A program made the translations under genes and the position numbers. The notes below the pieces were generated by a model. The model was not told where the DNA came from. It was given only the letters and a program-made list of their open reading frames with translations, and did no database searches. Shown in pieces: positions 9,836 to 20,527 of a stretch of DNA of 64,000 nucleotides (the first letter of the stretch is position 1; each line of letters starts with the position of its first letter). The DNA comes from a virus. Taxonomy: Duplodnaviria > Caudoviricetes. Location of the stretch: IMG/VR virus record IMGVR_UViG_2936514734_000001, positions 128,001 through 192,000 of that record; one strand, written 5' to 3'.

Positions 9836-10057
9836 TTATTTAGTTTTTTTCACTTCTTTTTTAGCCTTATTGTCACCTAATAGCGCCCATACAGACACTA
9901 CAAAAGTGATTACGCTAGATACTGCTTCTTCGTCTAAGACAGGAAGCGGTTGTAAACCTTTTGATACTAGATACTGGTTAATCCATGCTAGTAAGAAAAG
10001 AATGACACGAATTAAAGCTACTTTGTTAAAACCAAGTGAACTCAACATAGGCAACAC
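9836..10057 (-). CDS. Holin, SPP1 family
   Basis: IRVILFLLAWINQYL..KG..PLP...V..VIT....WA pattern; basic C-terminus. Confidence 0.8.
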   Translation of the reverse strand: MLPMLSSLGFNKVALIRVILFLLAWINQYLVSKGLQPLPVLDEEAVSSVITFVVSVWALLGDNKAKKEVKKTK

Positions 10058-10138
10058 CTCAAAAGGAAGATATGGTACATAGTGACTATAACGGTATTAT
10101 GTCAATTATATCCATCTCTTCCTTCGCCTTCTCCCAAC

Positions 10139-11038
10139 TTAAATCACACTTGATAAATCCCCTTGTTGGTTAGCAAATGGACTAGCTGCTTGTTGTTGGT
10201 TAGCAGCCATCCGTGAATCATGAATTTGTTTAATTTCATTCGACATTTCATTAATTTTTACAGCGGCTAACTCAGCTGGCATTTGTTTTGTGATTTGATA
10301 CTTTTCATAAATAGATTTCAACTGTGAAGTCGTTGATTCCTGTGTAGCCCCTGGACCTAAAGTTAAAGATGCAATCTGAACTGCTTTTTCACGTATATCG
10401 TTCATTTGCTGTTGTGTAATCATTTGCACCTGTGGAGGTACAAACTGTTGTTGTTGCTGTTGATAAGCACCTTGTTGTTGATAGCCTTGTTGCTGATAAC
10501 TTACAGGAGCCGTATTAGCTCCTGTTGATTGTGATTCATCAGCATCCGTCGGTAAATCTTCACCTGCATAAACATATAATCCTAGTCCATGACCGGCAAT
10601 CGCTTTTACTTTAGCACGTTGAATATTTTTATTAATATCAAACACAGTCGGTTTAGGAATAGGTTTATTTTTATAATCAAGTACTGGGAAAGGCTCAGAT
10701 ACAGAGATACCATTCACAATAACTTCTACCTCTACAAAGTAACCTAATGACGTTTTGATATATGGAACAGGTACTCCACCCATTTCCGGATCAGGGAAAC
10801 GTTTTACAATAATTTGAGCATCAGGGTGTTTTCTCTTTAGTTGTTCTACAGCATGGGCCCAACTTAAATATGAGAAACCATTTTTCTTTTCAAGAAATTT
10901 ACTTACATCAATACTAGCTAATTCAGCAAAATAGTTTTCGAGTACAACCGGATTTTCTATAATATCCTGAACTACCTCTTTTGGGTTTTCTAATGTATTT
11001 ACCTCTTGATCCGATTGTTGGAATAGTGCTTGAGTCAT
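10139..11038 (-). CDS. Sak/Rad52-like single-strand annealing protein (DUF1071)
   Basis: EKKNGFSYLSWAHA, FDINKNIQRAKVKAIAGHGLGLYVYAGEDLP. Confidence 0.88.
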   Translation of the reverse strand: MTQALFQQSDQEVNTLENPKEVVQDIIENPVVLENYFAELASIDVSKFLEKKNGFSYLSWAHAVEQLKRKHPDAQIIVKRFPDPEMGGVPVPYIKTSLGYFVEVEVIVNGISVSEPFPVLDYKNKPIPKPTVFDINKNIQRAKVKAIAGHGLGLYVYAGEDLPTDADESQSTGANTAPVSYQQQGYQQQGAYQQQQQQFVPPQVQMITQQQMNDIREKAVQIASLTLGPGATQESTTSQLKSIYEKYQITKQMPAELAAVKINEMSNEIKQIHDSRMAANQQQAASPFANQQGDLSSVI

Positions 11039-11523
11039 GCTACCACCTCTTCTTTCGCATCTAAATTGTGTTTTTCATTGTATGTTTTAATATTTTCTTC
11101 AGTAAACTGAAGGTAAAAGTCATCTTTTTCACTCACTACCCATAAAACAAACTCTTGTAATAACATTGGTTCATAAGCCGATTCATTAACCGTGCCGTCA
11201 CTGTTATAAAGATTAACTTCGTTATATGCATCCGTAATTTGAGTAGACGTGATTTTCCTTAACAATTCATAGTTAAGAGTTAGATCTTTTCCTTCGTTAC
11301 TACTAACCAAGTACTCTTCATCAAATTCGCGCATCTCTACTCGAATAACAAGGTACCCTTCTTCATTGATAGCTACCTGTTTGCTATTACTTGCCCAGTC
11401 AAATACAATTTCGTCCTGGTCTTCACCAACAGTAAATCCACCAACTGAAATATAAGCAACATCTTCCGCTTTATAATTAGCTTTATTTACTGAACGAAAT
11501 GTAACATATCCTCTTACCATCAT
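11035..11523 (-). CDS. Hypothetical protein
   Basis: 162-aa ORF with RBS. Confidence 0.65.
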   Translation of the reverse strand: MMVRGYVTFRSVNKANYKAEDVAYISVGGFTVGEDQDEIVFDWASNSKQVAINEEGYLVIRVEMREFDEEYLVSSNEGKDLTLNYELLRKITSTQITDAYNEVNLYNSDGTVNESAYEPMLLQEFVLWVVSEKDDFYLQFTEENIKTYNEKHNLDAKEEVVA

Positions 11524-11603
11524 AATAATTCTCTCCTCATATATTTATTTGAGGTATTAATTTATAAGGAAGGGAAACCCCCTTAAATAAGGAGGCTTCG
11601 GTT

Positions 11604-11738
11604 CTAGTTGTCTTTCTGCTTTGCATCTTCTTTCTTACTTACAACTTCCAAATAACCTTTACCTTTGCACATATGGCAAAACCCTTTTTCAGTTATTCCA
11701 GTGTGGTCGCACGCTGAACAAGAACGATGTTTTAGCAT
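11604..11738 (-). CDS. 44-aa DnaJ-type Zn-finger mini-protein (not in ORF track)
   Basis: MLKHRSCSACDHTGITEKGFCHMCKGKGYLEV...; RBS AAAGGAAG. Confidence 0.65.
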   Translation of the reverse strand: MLKHRSCSACDHTGITEKGFCHMCKGKGYLEVVSKKEDAKQKDN

Positions 11739-11795
11739 AGTAACTCTTCCTTTCGAAAGTATATTTTGAACAAATGATGGTTTAAATCATTTGGT

Positions 11796-12605
11796 TCATA
11801 CAGCAACATCAAAATATATTTGTGGATGTTTCTCATAGTTTTCTAAACGGAAGTCATCTGCTGTAAAACTATAAAAATCTTTCTTTTCTGGATTAATCCA
11901 TAGAGTAGGAGCACTATACGGCTCTCTCTCAAGAATCTCTTTTGCCTGTTCTAGGTGCTTGTTATAAATATGGCAATCGCCTATAACATGGACTAGCTCT
12001 CCTGCTTCTTGTCCAAGATGACGAGCTACCATATGTAGAAGTATTGAATATTCACATACATTAAAACTGTTTGCTGTTATAAAGTCTTGTGAACGTTGTT
12101 TAAGTATGAGATTTGTTTTCTTTGAATCAGACCAGAACTGTAAGTGATGGGCACATGGAGGAAGATTCATCTTTGTAAGATCATCAACGTTCCACATTTC
12201 AATTACTGCTCTTCGAGTGAATGGATCTCTCTCAAGTTCTCCTAAGACATAATCCATTTGATTGTCATATCCATACACAGGTTTAGCTACTTGTGCGCCG
12301 TAAGCTTCACCAATAGAACCTGTTTCATCTGCCCACTCGTCCCAAATTTTTGCCTTCATATCGTTTATGTTGTTGGAACGTTTACGATAAATCCAATCAA
12401 CTTCATCAAAGATAGTCTTTAGTGGTAATGGGCGTGTTGTTGGTGCAGGAAATTCTTTAGATAAATCGTAGCGGTTAACGACACCAAAAATTCGTTTTGT
12501 CATGATTGGTGTTCCATCTTTCCAAACAGCTCGATTATCTGGAGTCCATTCTTGCGCCAATATGCGTTCTAATGTCTCTTTTTGATATTCATCTATTAAA
12601 GCCAA
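11796..12605 (-). CDS. thyA: Thymidylate synthase
   Basis: IWDEWAD, AYG, LPPC, QRSQD, HVIGDCHIY motifs. Confidence 0.95.
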   Translation of the reverse strand: MALIDEYQKETLERILAQEWTPDNRAVWKDGTPIMTKRIFGVVNRYDLSKEFPAPTTRPLPLKTIFDEVDWIYRKRSNNINDMKAKIWDEWADETGSIGEAYGAQVAKPVYGYDNQMDYVLGELERDPFTRRAVIEMWNVDDLTKMNLPPCAHHLQFWSDSKKTNLILKQRSQDFITANSFNVCEYSILLHMVARHLGQEAGELVHVIGDCHIYNKHLEQAKEILEREPYSAPTLWINPEKKDFYSFTADDFRLENYEKHPQIYFDVAV

Positions 12606-12637
12606 TCCTTATCCTCCTTAATTCTTTTTCTTGCTAT

Positions 12638-12667
12638 AACGTAAGGATTTACAAAATAGAAAGTCAA
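12638..12667 (-). promoter_or_regulatory. SigA-like promoter TTGACT-N18-TACGTT
   Basis: Directly upstream of thyA; shared -10 element. Confidence 0.55.
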
Positions 12668-12683
12668 TGCTCTGTCATTAAAA

Positions 12684-13061
12684 TTATCGCAACTTGATAC
12701 GTTCTACACTTTCTTTTTCGATGTAATTATCAAGTAAAGATAAGAGAAAATCTTGAGAGGGTTTATTGATTTTAACATCATCAAAAAACTTAATCTGACC
12801 ATTTACTACACCCTTAGATTGAGGGCCGCGCAAATATAGATCACCTGAATTTTCTTTTGAATTAAAAACCACTACCTTTGTTTCTCCTATACCTGCATCA
12901 ACTAACATGGTAGTAACAATCCCTATGTTCTGCTGCTTAGCAGTAGGCTTGAATAACTTCACCTTACGAATACCAAGCTCTTTGTTGATAAAGCCGGTAT
13001 TGTTTTCTATAGTGAAACGAACATCTGAATCTTTTGTGATTGTGTTTTCTGTAGTTGTCAT
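12684..13061 (-). CDS. Hypothetical protein (possibly SpoVG-like fold)
   Basis: GDLYLRGPQSK...FFDDV loosely resembles SpoVG; weak. Confidence 0.5.
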   Translation of the reverse strand: MTTTENTITKDSDVRFTIENNTGFINKELGIRKVKLFKPTAKQQNIGIVTTMLVDAGIGETKVVVFNSKENSGDLYLRGPQSKGVVNGQIKFFDDVKINKPSQDFLLSLLDNYIEKESVERIKLR

Positions 13062-13126
13062 GTTTGCTCTCCTCCAAATAAAAAAGCCCTCCGCTAGGGA
13101 GAGCTAATTTTTCATATTATGTTCTA

Positions 13127-14749
13127 TCAATCCCAGCGATCAAGCTTATAAGTTGCTGTTCCTGTTTTTGTTGTAACGCGAATTAAAGTATTCCAATTTG
13201 AGCCATATTGTAATCGAACGCCACAAGCTGAAGCTTCGTCATAGCCTTCAATAGTTTCATTTCGAGAATATGCTTCAATAGTTGAACGAATCGCACGTAA
13301 TTCTGATTTAAGAGTTTCTGGGAACAACGCATTGCCTGCACCTTGATGTCTATTGTCTTTTGCACCTTCGATAATAAAGAACACACTTTTACCTTGATGT
13401 GCATTTTCATCATGCCACATTGAAGGCTGTAATGTGATTCCTGTAACCTTACGATAACCAGGAGAAAGATTCCATCTGTTAGCTGGTGATCCACCATTAT
13501 ATACATACCAAGAGAATGGATTTCTTTTTTCCTCTGTATCCCATTTTAGAATAGGTGGTGCATCTTCATGTACAGCCGTAAGAATAGCAGAGTAGTTGTC
13601 GCTTACACTCTTAACGTTATATTCAATTTCTTCAGCAAATGGAAGAACTGTTTCAGAAAACTTCTTCCATGTCATTGTAATTGCAGGCATGTCCATTTTA
13701 GGAAGCGCTTTTTTACCTTTCGTTTCAAGGTGCGAGAACATTCCTCCGCTTTTCACCGCTTCTTTTTTACCTTTTGGTGTCCATAATGTTTCTAGTTCAT
13801 CTAAACGTGCAAAACGACGAGCGAATGATTTCTGAATACCTAGTTTCTCAACAATTCTTTCTGCCTCAGCAATATTACCTGCAGAAGGAGCTGCTTGTGG
13901 ACGCTGATATTGTAAAGGATGCATTTTATCTGCAAATCGACGACTCACATCTTCAAATTCCATACCTGAAGCAATGTCATCAAGTAGAGTACCAATCATT
14001 GAACTTCTGATATGACAGAAACCTACAGGAGCTGTAGCAACCGCTAACCATACAAGGTTTTCTTTGTTACGGTAGTTTTTAATAGCAGCACGATGCTCAA
14101 TTAAGCTTAAGAACCATTCAGCTACACCTAAGCATTTTTCTGAGCGGTACAGAGATTCAGTCTTAAGAAGTGCAACTGCTTGTTCAACTACCTCTTGGGA
14201 GTAATCTAATAATGCATTAATTAACATTTTAAAGTCTTCACGCTTTTCTGCGCTGAGTTGTCTTGCGTTTAATAGATTAGGACGAAAAACTAACTCTTTT
14301 GGTAGTGATACAGATAAATGCTCCCACTCACCTGTAAATGGTTGTCCTAACGTTTGGAACTCAGAATAAAATACACCACTTACTTTTTCTTTGAGTACTA
14401 ATTCTTTCATATTATAAACAGACTCAACAAAGAAAGATGGTGTTTCATTTTCATCCCATAGTGCGGATTGCATTTCTCCACTATCAGAAATCGTTACTAA
14501 CGAACCGTATCTTTCAATAAAATTCTTACAACATCTACAATTGTAATGCTGTCTTGCTTCCTCTGGTAATCCACCTAGATAAGCTTCATACAGGCCTGTA
14601 GCATTTGTTGTGAATAGTTTTGTTCCTGCATTAACTAGTGATTTAAATCGTTTACGAACAGAGCTTAAAAACTCATTATATTGATCATCTTCATTTACAT
14701 ATGTACCGCTTGCCATGTCGTTATGAATACTTAATTTAATTTTACTCAT
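13127..14749 (-). CDS. Conserved phage hypothetical protein, 540 aa
   Basis: Long ORF with HYNCRCC motif; no function recognised. Confidence 0.75.
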   Translation of the reverse strand: MSKIKLSIHNDMASGTYVNEDDQYNEFLSSVRKRFKSLVNAGTKLFTTNATGLYEAYLGGLPEEARQHYNCRCCKNFIERYGSLVTISDSGEMQSALWDENETPSFFVESVYNMKELVLKEKVSGVFYSEFQTLGQPFTGEWEHLSVSLPKELVFRPNLLNARQLSAEKREDFKMLINALLDYSQEVVEQAVALLKTESLYRSEKCLGVAEWFLSLIEHRAAIKNYRNKENLVWLAVATAPVGFCHIRSSMIGTLLDDIASGMEFEDVSRRFADKMHPLQYQRPQAAPSAGNIAEAERIVEKLGIQKSFARRFARLDELETLWTPKGKKEAVKSGGMFSHLETKGKKALPKMDMPAITMTWKKFSETVLPFAEEIEYNVKSVSDNYSAILTAVHEDAPPILKWDTEEKRNPFSWYVYNGGSPANRWNLSPGYRKVTGITLQPSMWHDENAHQGKSVFFIIEGAKDNRHQGAGNALFPETLKSELRAIRSTIEAYSRNETIEGYDEASACGVRLQYGSNWNTLIRVTTKTGTATYKLDRWD

Positions 14750-14770
14750 TATTAGTCCCCCACTTTTTAA

Positions 14771-15094
14771 TTAGTTAATTTTATATTTTCGTTTAATGTT
14801 ATTAATTTCAATTTCATACATCTTTTGATTTAATGTATCTTCACCTAAGTTAATAAGCTTTTGTGCTTCATAATCCAACTTGTGAACTTCATGTCTTAAG
14901 TTAGACTGTTTATTGCGAATCTCTTTTTCTTTCAAAGCGCCCTCGCATTCACAATAATATTGGTCTTCTTCATTTCTGTGATAGCTACCTTCATATACTT
15001 TAACTTGTTCTCCACAGTGACAGCACAATACGACTCCTAAGATTTCTTTTGTAGCTGTAATAGAATAAGCCAAGATACCCCATCCCCTTTTCAC
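14771..15094 (-). CDS. Hypothetical Zn-binding protein
   Basis: CCHC...CEC. Confidence 0.55.
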   Translation of the reverse strand: MKRGWGILAYSITATKEILGVVLCCHCGEQVKVYEGSYHRNEEDQYYCECEGALKEKEIRNKQSNLRHEVHKLDYEAQKLINLGEDTLNQKMYEIEINNIKRKYKIN

Positions 15095-15330
15095 TTCTTG
15101 GTTTTGACAAACTTCTTATTTTTATCTATAGGTTCAATCTTTGAATAACTATCATTTAAAATTTCTAACCTGTAATTATCTCTTAAGTCAATAGCTCCAG
15201 AAGATTCTAATCTATCTTCATAGCATTTATTACAAAAAGGATTAGCTAAATATGCTCTACCTGAAACATTCATTTCACTTTTACAAAACTTACAGATATG
15301 CTTTTTAGCTACTACTTTAATTTGTCTCAT
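15091..15330 (-). CDS. Hypothetical Zn-finger protein
   Basis: CKFC...CNKC. Confidence 0.6.
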   Translation of the reverse strand: MRQIKVVAKKHICKFCKSEMNVSGRAYLANPFCNKCYEDRLESSGAIDLRDNYRLEILNDSYSKIEPIDKNKKFVKTKK

Positions 15331-15389
15331 AGTTGCCTCCTAAACCAAAAAGGGTAAGGGTGTTAACCCTTACCTTGGTAATCTATATA

Positions 15390-16508
15390 TTAAGCTGCGT
15401 ATTGTTTCATAAGTGTTTTAACGTCCATCAATACTCCAAATAATCCATCAGCAGTTGTCGATGTAAAAGGAATATTATTTTCATTACAAATAGCTGCAGC
15501 AGTGTTTGTTGTATCGTGACTATTCTCATAAGTACTTAACAGTACATAATCTGCTTTTAAAATATCGCCACGAATACGGGCTTTATTTTCGTCGCCTGTT
15601 AAGTGAATCAAGTTAATATCTTTATTCTTGTGTAGAATACTAGCAAAACCTTTTTTACGACTACGTAATCCAATTAATACAATTGTTTTATTCAGAAAAG
15701 GAGTTGTATCAAGTCGATCAATCATGGAGAGTCCCGATTCTGATTCAGTTTGATTATTTTGTCTATGGTTTAATTTGCGTGATTCAATAGATTCGACCTG
15801 CCCGTTTGTGCTTGTGTCAATCTTTTGTGTTACACGAAAACTGTTCGTTACATTATTTGTATAGAAGCGTCCATTAACTACATCTCCGTCTTTAATTTTC
15901 AAGCGGTTTGCATCTTTATCATTAATGTATAAACAGATAAACTTATCGTCATTTTCTGCATCTCTAATAGATCCGCTAGCTGTTTCCGTAATAACCAATC
16001 GTTTACCTACACTTTTGACAAATCCATAATTAATTTCTGCTAATGTAGGGTTCGGAATAATTGTCCGATCCACTACTTCAAAGTTGTAAATAGGGGAACC
16101 ATTTTCAAAATTCCCATCTGTACCGCTAATATATAGTTTATTACCGTTTTCCAAACCTCTTTTATATACAATTTCTTCTGGTATTGGATAATCTAACTCT
16201 TCAATAACCCCACCAAATGCTTTCTTTGTAAATGTTAGAGTATGACCAATAGGAAACGTTTCTTTTGCGGCCTCTTCAACATTTACTTCTTCCGGTGATT
16301 TTATTTCTTCTATAATATCTGGACTGCTTATAACGTCTTCTGAAGTTTGAGGCTTATAATCTATATGAGTTAATTTATTTAACTGTTCCATAATTGTTAG
16401 GTTAGGTTTTAACCATTCATAAAATCTATCAAAATCTTGTACGTTTACATTATTAAATTCTTGCAAAACTTTTGCTTTAACATCTTCAAATACACTCTCT
16501 GTATACAT
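15390..16508 (-). CDS. Protein with C-terminal DUF2325-like domain
   Basis: KTIVLIG...I.KADYVLLST...SH....AA..CNENNIPF. Confidence 0.6.
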   Translation of the reverse strand: MYTESVFEDVKAKVLQEFNNVNVQDFDRFYEWLKPNLTIMEQLNKLTHIDYKPQTSEDVISSPDIIEEIKSPEEVNVEEAAKETFPIGHTLTFTKKAFGGVIEELDYPIPEEIVYKRGLENGNKLYISGTDGNFENGSPIYNFEVVDRTIIPNPTLAEINYGFVKSVGKRLVITETASGSIRDAENDDKFICLYINDKDANRLKIKDGDVVNGRFYTNNVTNSFRVTQKIDTSTNGQVESIESRKLNHRQNNQTESESGLSMIDRLDTTPFLNKTIVLIGLRSRKKGFASILHKNKDINLIHLTGDENKARIRGDILKADYVLLSTYENSHDTTNTAAAICNENNIPFTSTTADGLFGVLMDVKTLMKQYAA

Positions 16509-16717
16509 TTATTAATTCCTCCAAAAATAAATTACAAATGTTATTATAACTCCAATAATTTGACAATGAAGAAAAATGACAGAGATGTCATATAGTATTC
16601 ATAATACCTATGTATCTCTGCCATTCCTTTAATTTATCTAAAAATATTATATTTTTTCTATATACAGAATAAAGTTTTCGAGTAGTTTTTTTCTTGTAGA
16701 AACGTATTCTGTATTAA

Positions 16718-17803
16718 TTAAGCAGCGGCTTGAAGTTCTTCAGTTGCTACTTCTGCTTCACCATAGCCATCTTCATCTACGCGTTCACCATCTGGAAGCT
16801 CAACTTCAACTCCACGGATTTTTGCCTCTAACTCTGCAGTTAAATCAGGGTTTTCATGTAAAAATGCTACAAGCTTGGCTTGTCCATTAAATTTAAGCTC
16901 AACACCATTATGCTGACGAATCTCGCCTGTGTCTTCATCAACAATACGGCACCAACCACCATTCTTTTGAATAATTCCAGCAAGAATAGCTACCTGAGCT
17001 ACTTCATCAACATTATCTACTCCATATCCATAAATAAGAGAAAATGAAGCTTCTTTAAATGGAATAGCAATTTTATTTTTGACGACTTTAATTTTCACTA
17101 AGTGACCAATAATGTCATTTCCATCTTTAATATATTCACCCATTTTAACTTGAATACGTTGAGAAGCGTAGAACGGTAATGCACGTCCACCACTTGTAGT
17201 AGTAGGTGTTCCAGCAGGGCTAAATCCACCGATTTTCTCACGAATTTGGTTAATGAAAGCTACTGTACAATCATGTTCATAGGAAATACCCGTTAGCTTT
17301 TGCATAGTTGTACTCATAAAACGTGCTAACAAACCCATTGTTTGTTGTTCAGCGGAAGATTCTACGATTTTAGTAGGAACCATTGCAGAAACTGAATCAA
17401 CTACAATTAGACGAACTTCACCTGAACGAATAAGACTATCAGCAATATCCACAGCATTTTCTGCTGTCTTTGGATTCACATAAATTAACTTATCTAAGTC
17501 TACCCCATATTGTTGTGCTAATTCTTTATTCATGGCATGCTCCATATCAATAAAGGCAGCATATCCATCACCTGAACGTTGCACTGCCGCAATATGAAGG
17601 AATGCAAGAGTAGTTTTACCAGCCATAGAGTTACCAAAATACTCTACAATACGGCCGTTAGCTACACCGCCACCTAATGCTAAATCCATTGTTAAAGAAC
17701 CGCTTGAATAAGTTTTAATCACTGGACCAGTGTTAACACTAAACCCAATAGTGTTGTCACCTAAAGTTTTATTGATTGTAGACATTAATTTATCTATGCT
17801 CAT
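16718..17803 (-). CDS. recA: RecA recombinase
   Basis: SSGSLTMDLALGGG, GRIVE, AGKTT, FIDMEHA, VVDSV, FINQIREKIG, TTSGGRALPFYAS. Confidence 0.95.
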   Translation of the reverse strand: MSIDKLMSTINKTLGDNTIGFSVNTGPVIKTYSSGSLTMDLALGGGVANGRIVEYFGNSMAGKTTLAFLHIAAVQRSGDGYAAFIDMEHAMNKELAQQYGVDLDKLIYVNPKTAENAVDIADSLIRSGEVRLIVVDSVSAMVPTKIVESSAEQQTMGLLARFMSTTMQKLTGISYEHDCTVAFINQIREKIGGFSPAGTPTTTSGGRALPFYASQRIQVKMGEYIKDGNDIIGHLVKIKVVKNKIAIPFKEASFSLIYGYGVDNVDEVAQVAILAGIIQKNGGWCRIVDEDTGEIRQHNGVELKFNGQAKLVAFLHENPDLTAELEAKIRGVEVELPDGERVDEDGYGEAEVATEELQAAA

Positions 17804-18132
17804 TTATTGCCCTCCGTCATGTTGTATTTTGCTAGAATCTCCTGAGCATTCATCAATGCTTCCATTTCTTCATAGAGTTCATGCTGTTTAACGGAGTCTT
17901 GTTCGTTTCTAGCAAGTTGTTCAATTTTCTTAACTAATTCAGCAAAATTAAAAGATTCATCTTGCTTTATAGCTTGTTTAGAGTAATACTCGTACTCTTC
18001 GGCTAAACAATCACTAATCTGCTTCACCGCTTCTTCATGTGATAAAGATTGACGATAAGAGTGGTACAAGGACATAGAGTACTGATGAAGTCCCTGTTTT
18101 AACTCTGATCGCATTCGTCGTTGCTCTGACAT
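17800..18132 (-). CDS. Hypothetical protein
   Basis: 110-aa ORF coupled to recA. Confidence 0.65.
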   Translation of the reverse strand: MSEQRRMRSELKQGLHQYSMSLYHSYRQSLSHEEAVKQISDCLAEEYEYYSKQAIKQDESFNFAELVKKIEQLARNEQDSVKQHELYEEMEALMNAQEILAKYNMTEGNK

Positions 18133-18166
18133 ATACTCACCTCAAGATAGAAAACAACCTACCGTA

Positions 18167-18697
18167 TTAAAACGGTAAGCTGTCATCACTGATATTCATT
18201 TCCATTCCAGCAAATTGATTTTGTCCTGGTTGTTGGAACTGTGGTTGAGCATATGGATTTGGTTGTTGTTGTTGATACATTTGTTGTTGCTGTTGGTAAG
18301 GATTTGGTTGAAACTGTTGTTGTCCTTGTGGTTGAAATTGTTGTTGCTGTTGATACTGCTGTTGTTGCCCTTGTTGTTGACCACCGTTACCTTGTCCGCC
18401 ATCATTGTTAGAAGAAAGGAATCGAACCTGATCAGCACGTAGTTCCCAATAAGTTTTGTCTTCTTTTTTACTAGATTTCATCTTACCTTCTACTAAAACA
18501 ACTGCACCTTTATGAGTGAATTTCTGTACATTTTCACCTTGTTTTCCCCATGCAGAGCAATTAAAGAAATCAGTTTGTTTCTTTTCGCCAAAACCATCAT
18601 CTACAGCAACAGAAAATCGACATACTGTATTTTCTCCATATGTGTTGCTTTCAGGATCACGAGTTAAACGACCTACAATAATTTGTTTTTGATACAT
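18167..18697 (-). CDS. ssb: Single-stranded DNA-binding protein
   Basis: VGRLTRDPE OB fold, Q-rich linker, ISDDSLPF acidic tail. Confidence 0.95.
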   Translation of the reverse strand: MYQKQIIVGRLTRDPESNTYGENTVCRFSVAVDDGFGEKKQTDFFNCSAWGKQGENVQKFTHKGAVVLVEGKMKSSKKEDKTYWELRADQVRFLSSNNDGGQGNGGQQQGQQQQYQQQQQFQPQGQQQFQPNPYQQQQQMYQQQQPNPYAQPQFQQPGQNQFAGMEMNISDDSLPF

Positions 18698-18730
18698 AGT
18701 AAATTACCTCCAAGTATTGTTTTTAATAAA

Positions 18731-19231
18731 TTAATAGCTCATATAAGTTTCATTAGCCAAATAATCATTAAGTGGCTTTAACAGTGAGAACACTGCATCT
18801 TGATTAGACATCTTCTTTTCCTTAAAGTCTTGAACAAACTCGATTTCTGTTAAATCAACACCTTCGTTTCTAGCGGTGTTATTTCGCATCTGTGATTGTA
18901 ATTTTTCTCGAGCTTCTTCTACTTGATTAGGTGTAGGATATGGCATATCTGAGTCACATGAATGATAAATATATGCTCTACATCCTACTGCCACAACATT
19001 GTCAGGAGCGTGTGAAATTTCTTGGTGGCGAATCCCTAACTTATCCAGTGTAGGAATTAAAGTTCTCGGCACACTAACTCCATTTGATCTTTCTCGACGG
19101 TTGTGAATATAAAGTGTCTTAAAATAAATTGTGTATTTTTCTCTGCCATGACGATGACCGTAGTAATTGTACTGCGGGTCATGGTAGTTAAATAAGATAC
19201 TGCCAACATCTAATTTCTTGTGCATTGCCAT
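18731..19231 (-). CDS. Hypothetical protein
   Basis: 166-aa ORF in operon. Confidence 0.65.
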   Translation of the reverse strand: MAMHKKLDVGSILFNYHDPQYNYYGHRHGREKYTIYFKTLYIHNRRERSNGVSVPRTLIPTLDKLGIRHQEISHAPDNVVAVGCRAYIYHSCDSDMPYPTPNQVEEAREKLQSQMRNNTARNEGVDLTEIEFVQDFKEKKMSNQDAVFSLLKPLNDYLANETYMSY

Positions 19232-19233
19232 TA

Positions 19234-19821
19234 TTACATCACTCTTTTCTCTCTCTCAGATTCGTTTTTGGCTTCTCTGAAACAGCGGCGGCATACACTT
19301 ACATATGATTCATTACCACCTGGTTGAATGACTTCTCCTTCAAATACAGGCTTAGAATCTAGTAAACGCATATTATGTGTTGCCTTACTTTCGCAATAAA
19401 GACATTGGTTTTTAATCTCTCGAAGACTTGCTCCTTCTTCAATCAGCTTTTTTGAACCTTCAAATAGCTTTCCTTGAAAGTCTGTTACAAGCCCATAGCA
19501 AATTACATCGATGTTGAATTGATCTACAACTAATGCTAAGGTGCTTATCATTTCTTCATCCATAAATTGCACTTCATCGACAAATAACCAATCAATTTCA
19601 TGCGTTTGAACAAGCTGAAGAATTTCAACAAAATGTGAAATTGGAGTACAATCCATTTCAGTATTCAAAGCCCTGGACTTAATCTTTGTATCTCTTGTAT
19701 CCTGTGAGCTTTTAATAATATGAAATTTCTTTCCCTGTTGTTCAAAATTAAAGGCATTCATAATAAGCTGTGCCGTCTTTGAACTGTTCATACTGCCATA
19801 GTAAAATACTAATTTAGCCAT
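19234..19821 (-). CDS. tdk: Thymidine kinase
   Basis: YYGSMNSSKT, VDEVQF, YGLVTDF...FEGS, YVSVCRRC. Confidence 0.95.
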   Translation of the reverse strand: MAKLVFYYGSMNSSKTAQLIMNAFNFEQQGKKFHIIKSSQDTRDTKIKSRALNTEMDCTPISHFVEILQLVQTHEIDWLFVDEVQFMDEEMISTLALVVDQFNIDVICYGLVTDFQGKLFEGSKKLIEEGASLREIKNQCLYCESKATHNMRLLDSKPVFEGEVIQPGGNESYVSVCRRCFREAKNESEREKRVM

Positions 19822-19847
19822 ATAGACCCTCTCCCTCTAGCGGGCAA

Positions 19848-20285
19848 TCAATGTTGAATGCTGCTTATTTTATTAAGACGTTCGTCCTCTGCAATTAAAA
19901 TGTGTGTCCATTCAAAGGCATACGCTTTTAAAAAACTAAAGTACGCTTTTTGTTCCGGTGTAGATGGAGTTAAGTTAAACACTCTGATTAATCCATTTAC
20001 TATATCAAAAGACTCTGCTTTGTTTTTCTCATTAAACACAAATAAAAAATGCGTTTCCCCTTGCTGGATTTTAATCTGCAAATTTGTTAGCAACAGACTT
20101 GCTATTGTCTGATTGCTAGAACTAGGGAAGAGACGCCTACATGTTTCAATAGAAATATGATTATCGTTATTTAAATCATGATCCTTAAAAAGAGCAGTAT
20201 TCTTTAAATCAGTAACTGATAAGATAAAGTGATTTGGATTAAACGATGTTAGTTTTTCTTCATTAATAGTGGATAAATGGATCAA
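19848..20285 (-). CDS. Hypothetical protein
   Basis: 145-aa ORF with RBS. Confidence 0.55.
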   Translation of the reverse strand: MIHLSTINEEKLTSFNPNHFILSVTDLKNTALFKDHDLNNDNHISIETCRRLFPSSSNQTIASLLLTNLQIKIQQGETHFLFVFNEKNKAESFDIVNGLIRVFNLTPSTPEQKAYFSFLKAYAFEWTHILIAEDERLNKISSIQH

Positions 20286-20441
20286 ATAAATAACTCCTCT
20301 CAGAACTTAAGCACTTAAAAATTAAAAATCAAGAAAAAAAGAACCTTCATTTGTAGTTTTTCTACAAAGGAAAGCTCTTTTAAAAGGTAAAGTAATTATG
20401 AAAAATTAAATATCAAATCGAGGGAGAGTAATATGATTTTT

Positions 20442-20515
20442 TGGCAGGGGCAGTAGGAGTTGAACCCACACTGACGGTTTTGGAGACCGTAGTTCTACCT
20501 TTAAACTATACCCCT
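20442..20515 (-). tRNA. tRNA-Trp(CCA)
   Basis: Canonical cloverleaf; ACGGT-CTCCAAA-ACCGT anticodon arm; encoded CCA. Confidence 0.9.
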
Positions 20516-20527
20516 AGAATATATTCA

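Noticed and set aside
18230-18400. (TTG/CTG)n repeats in ssb, and similar ones in sak near 10440-10500
   Set aside because: They encode Gln-rich linkers; not a CRISPR array or DNA repeat element.
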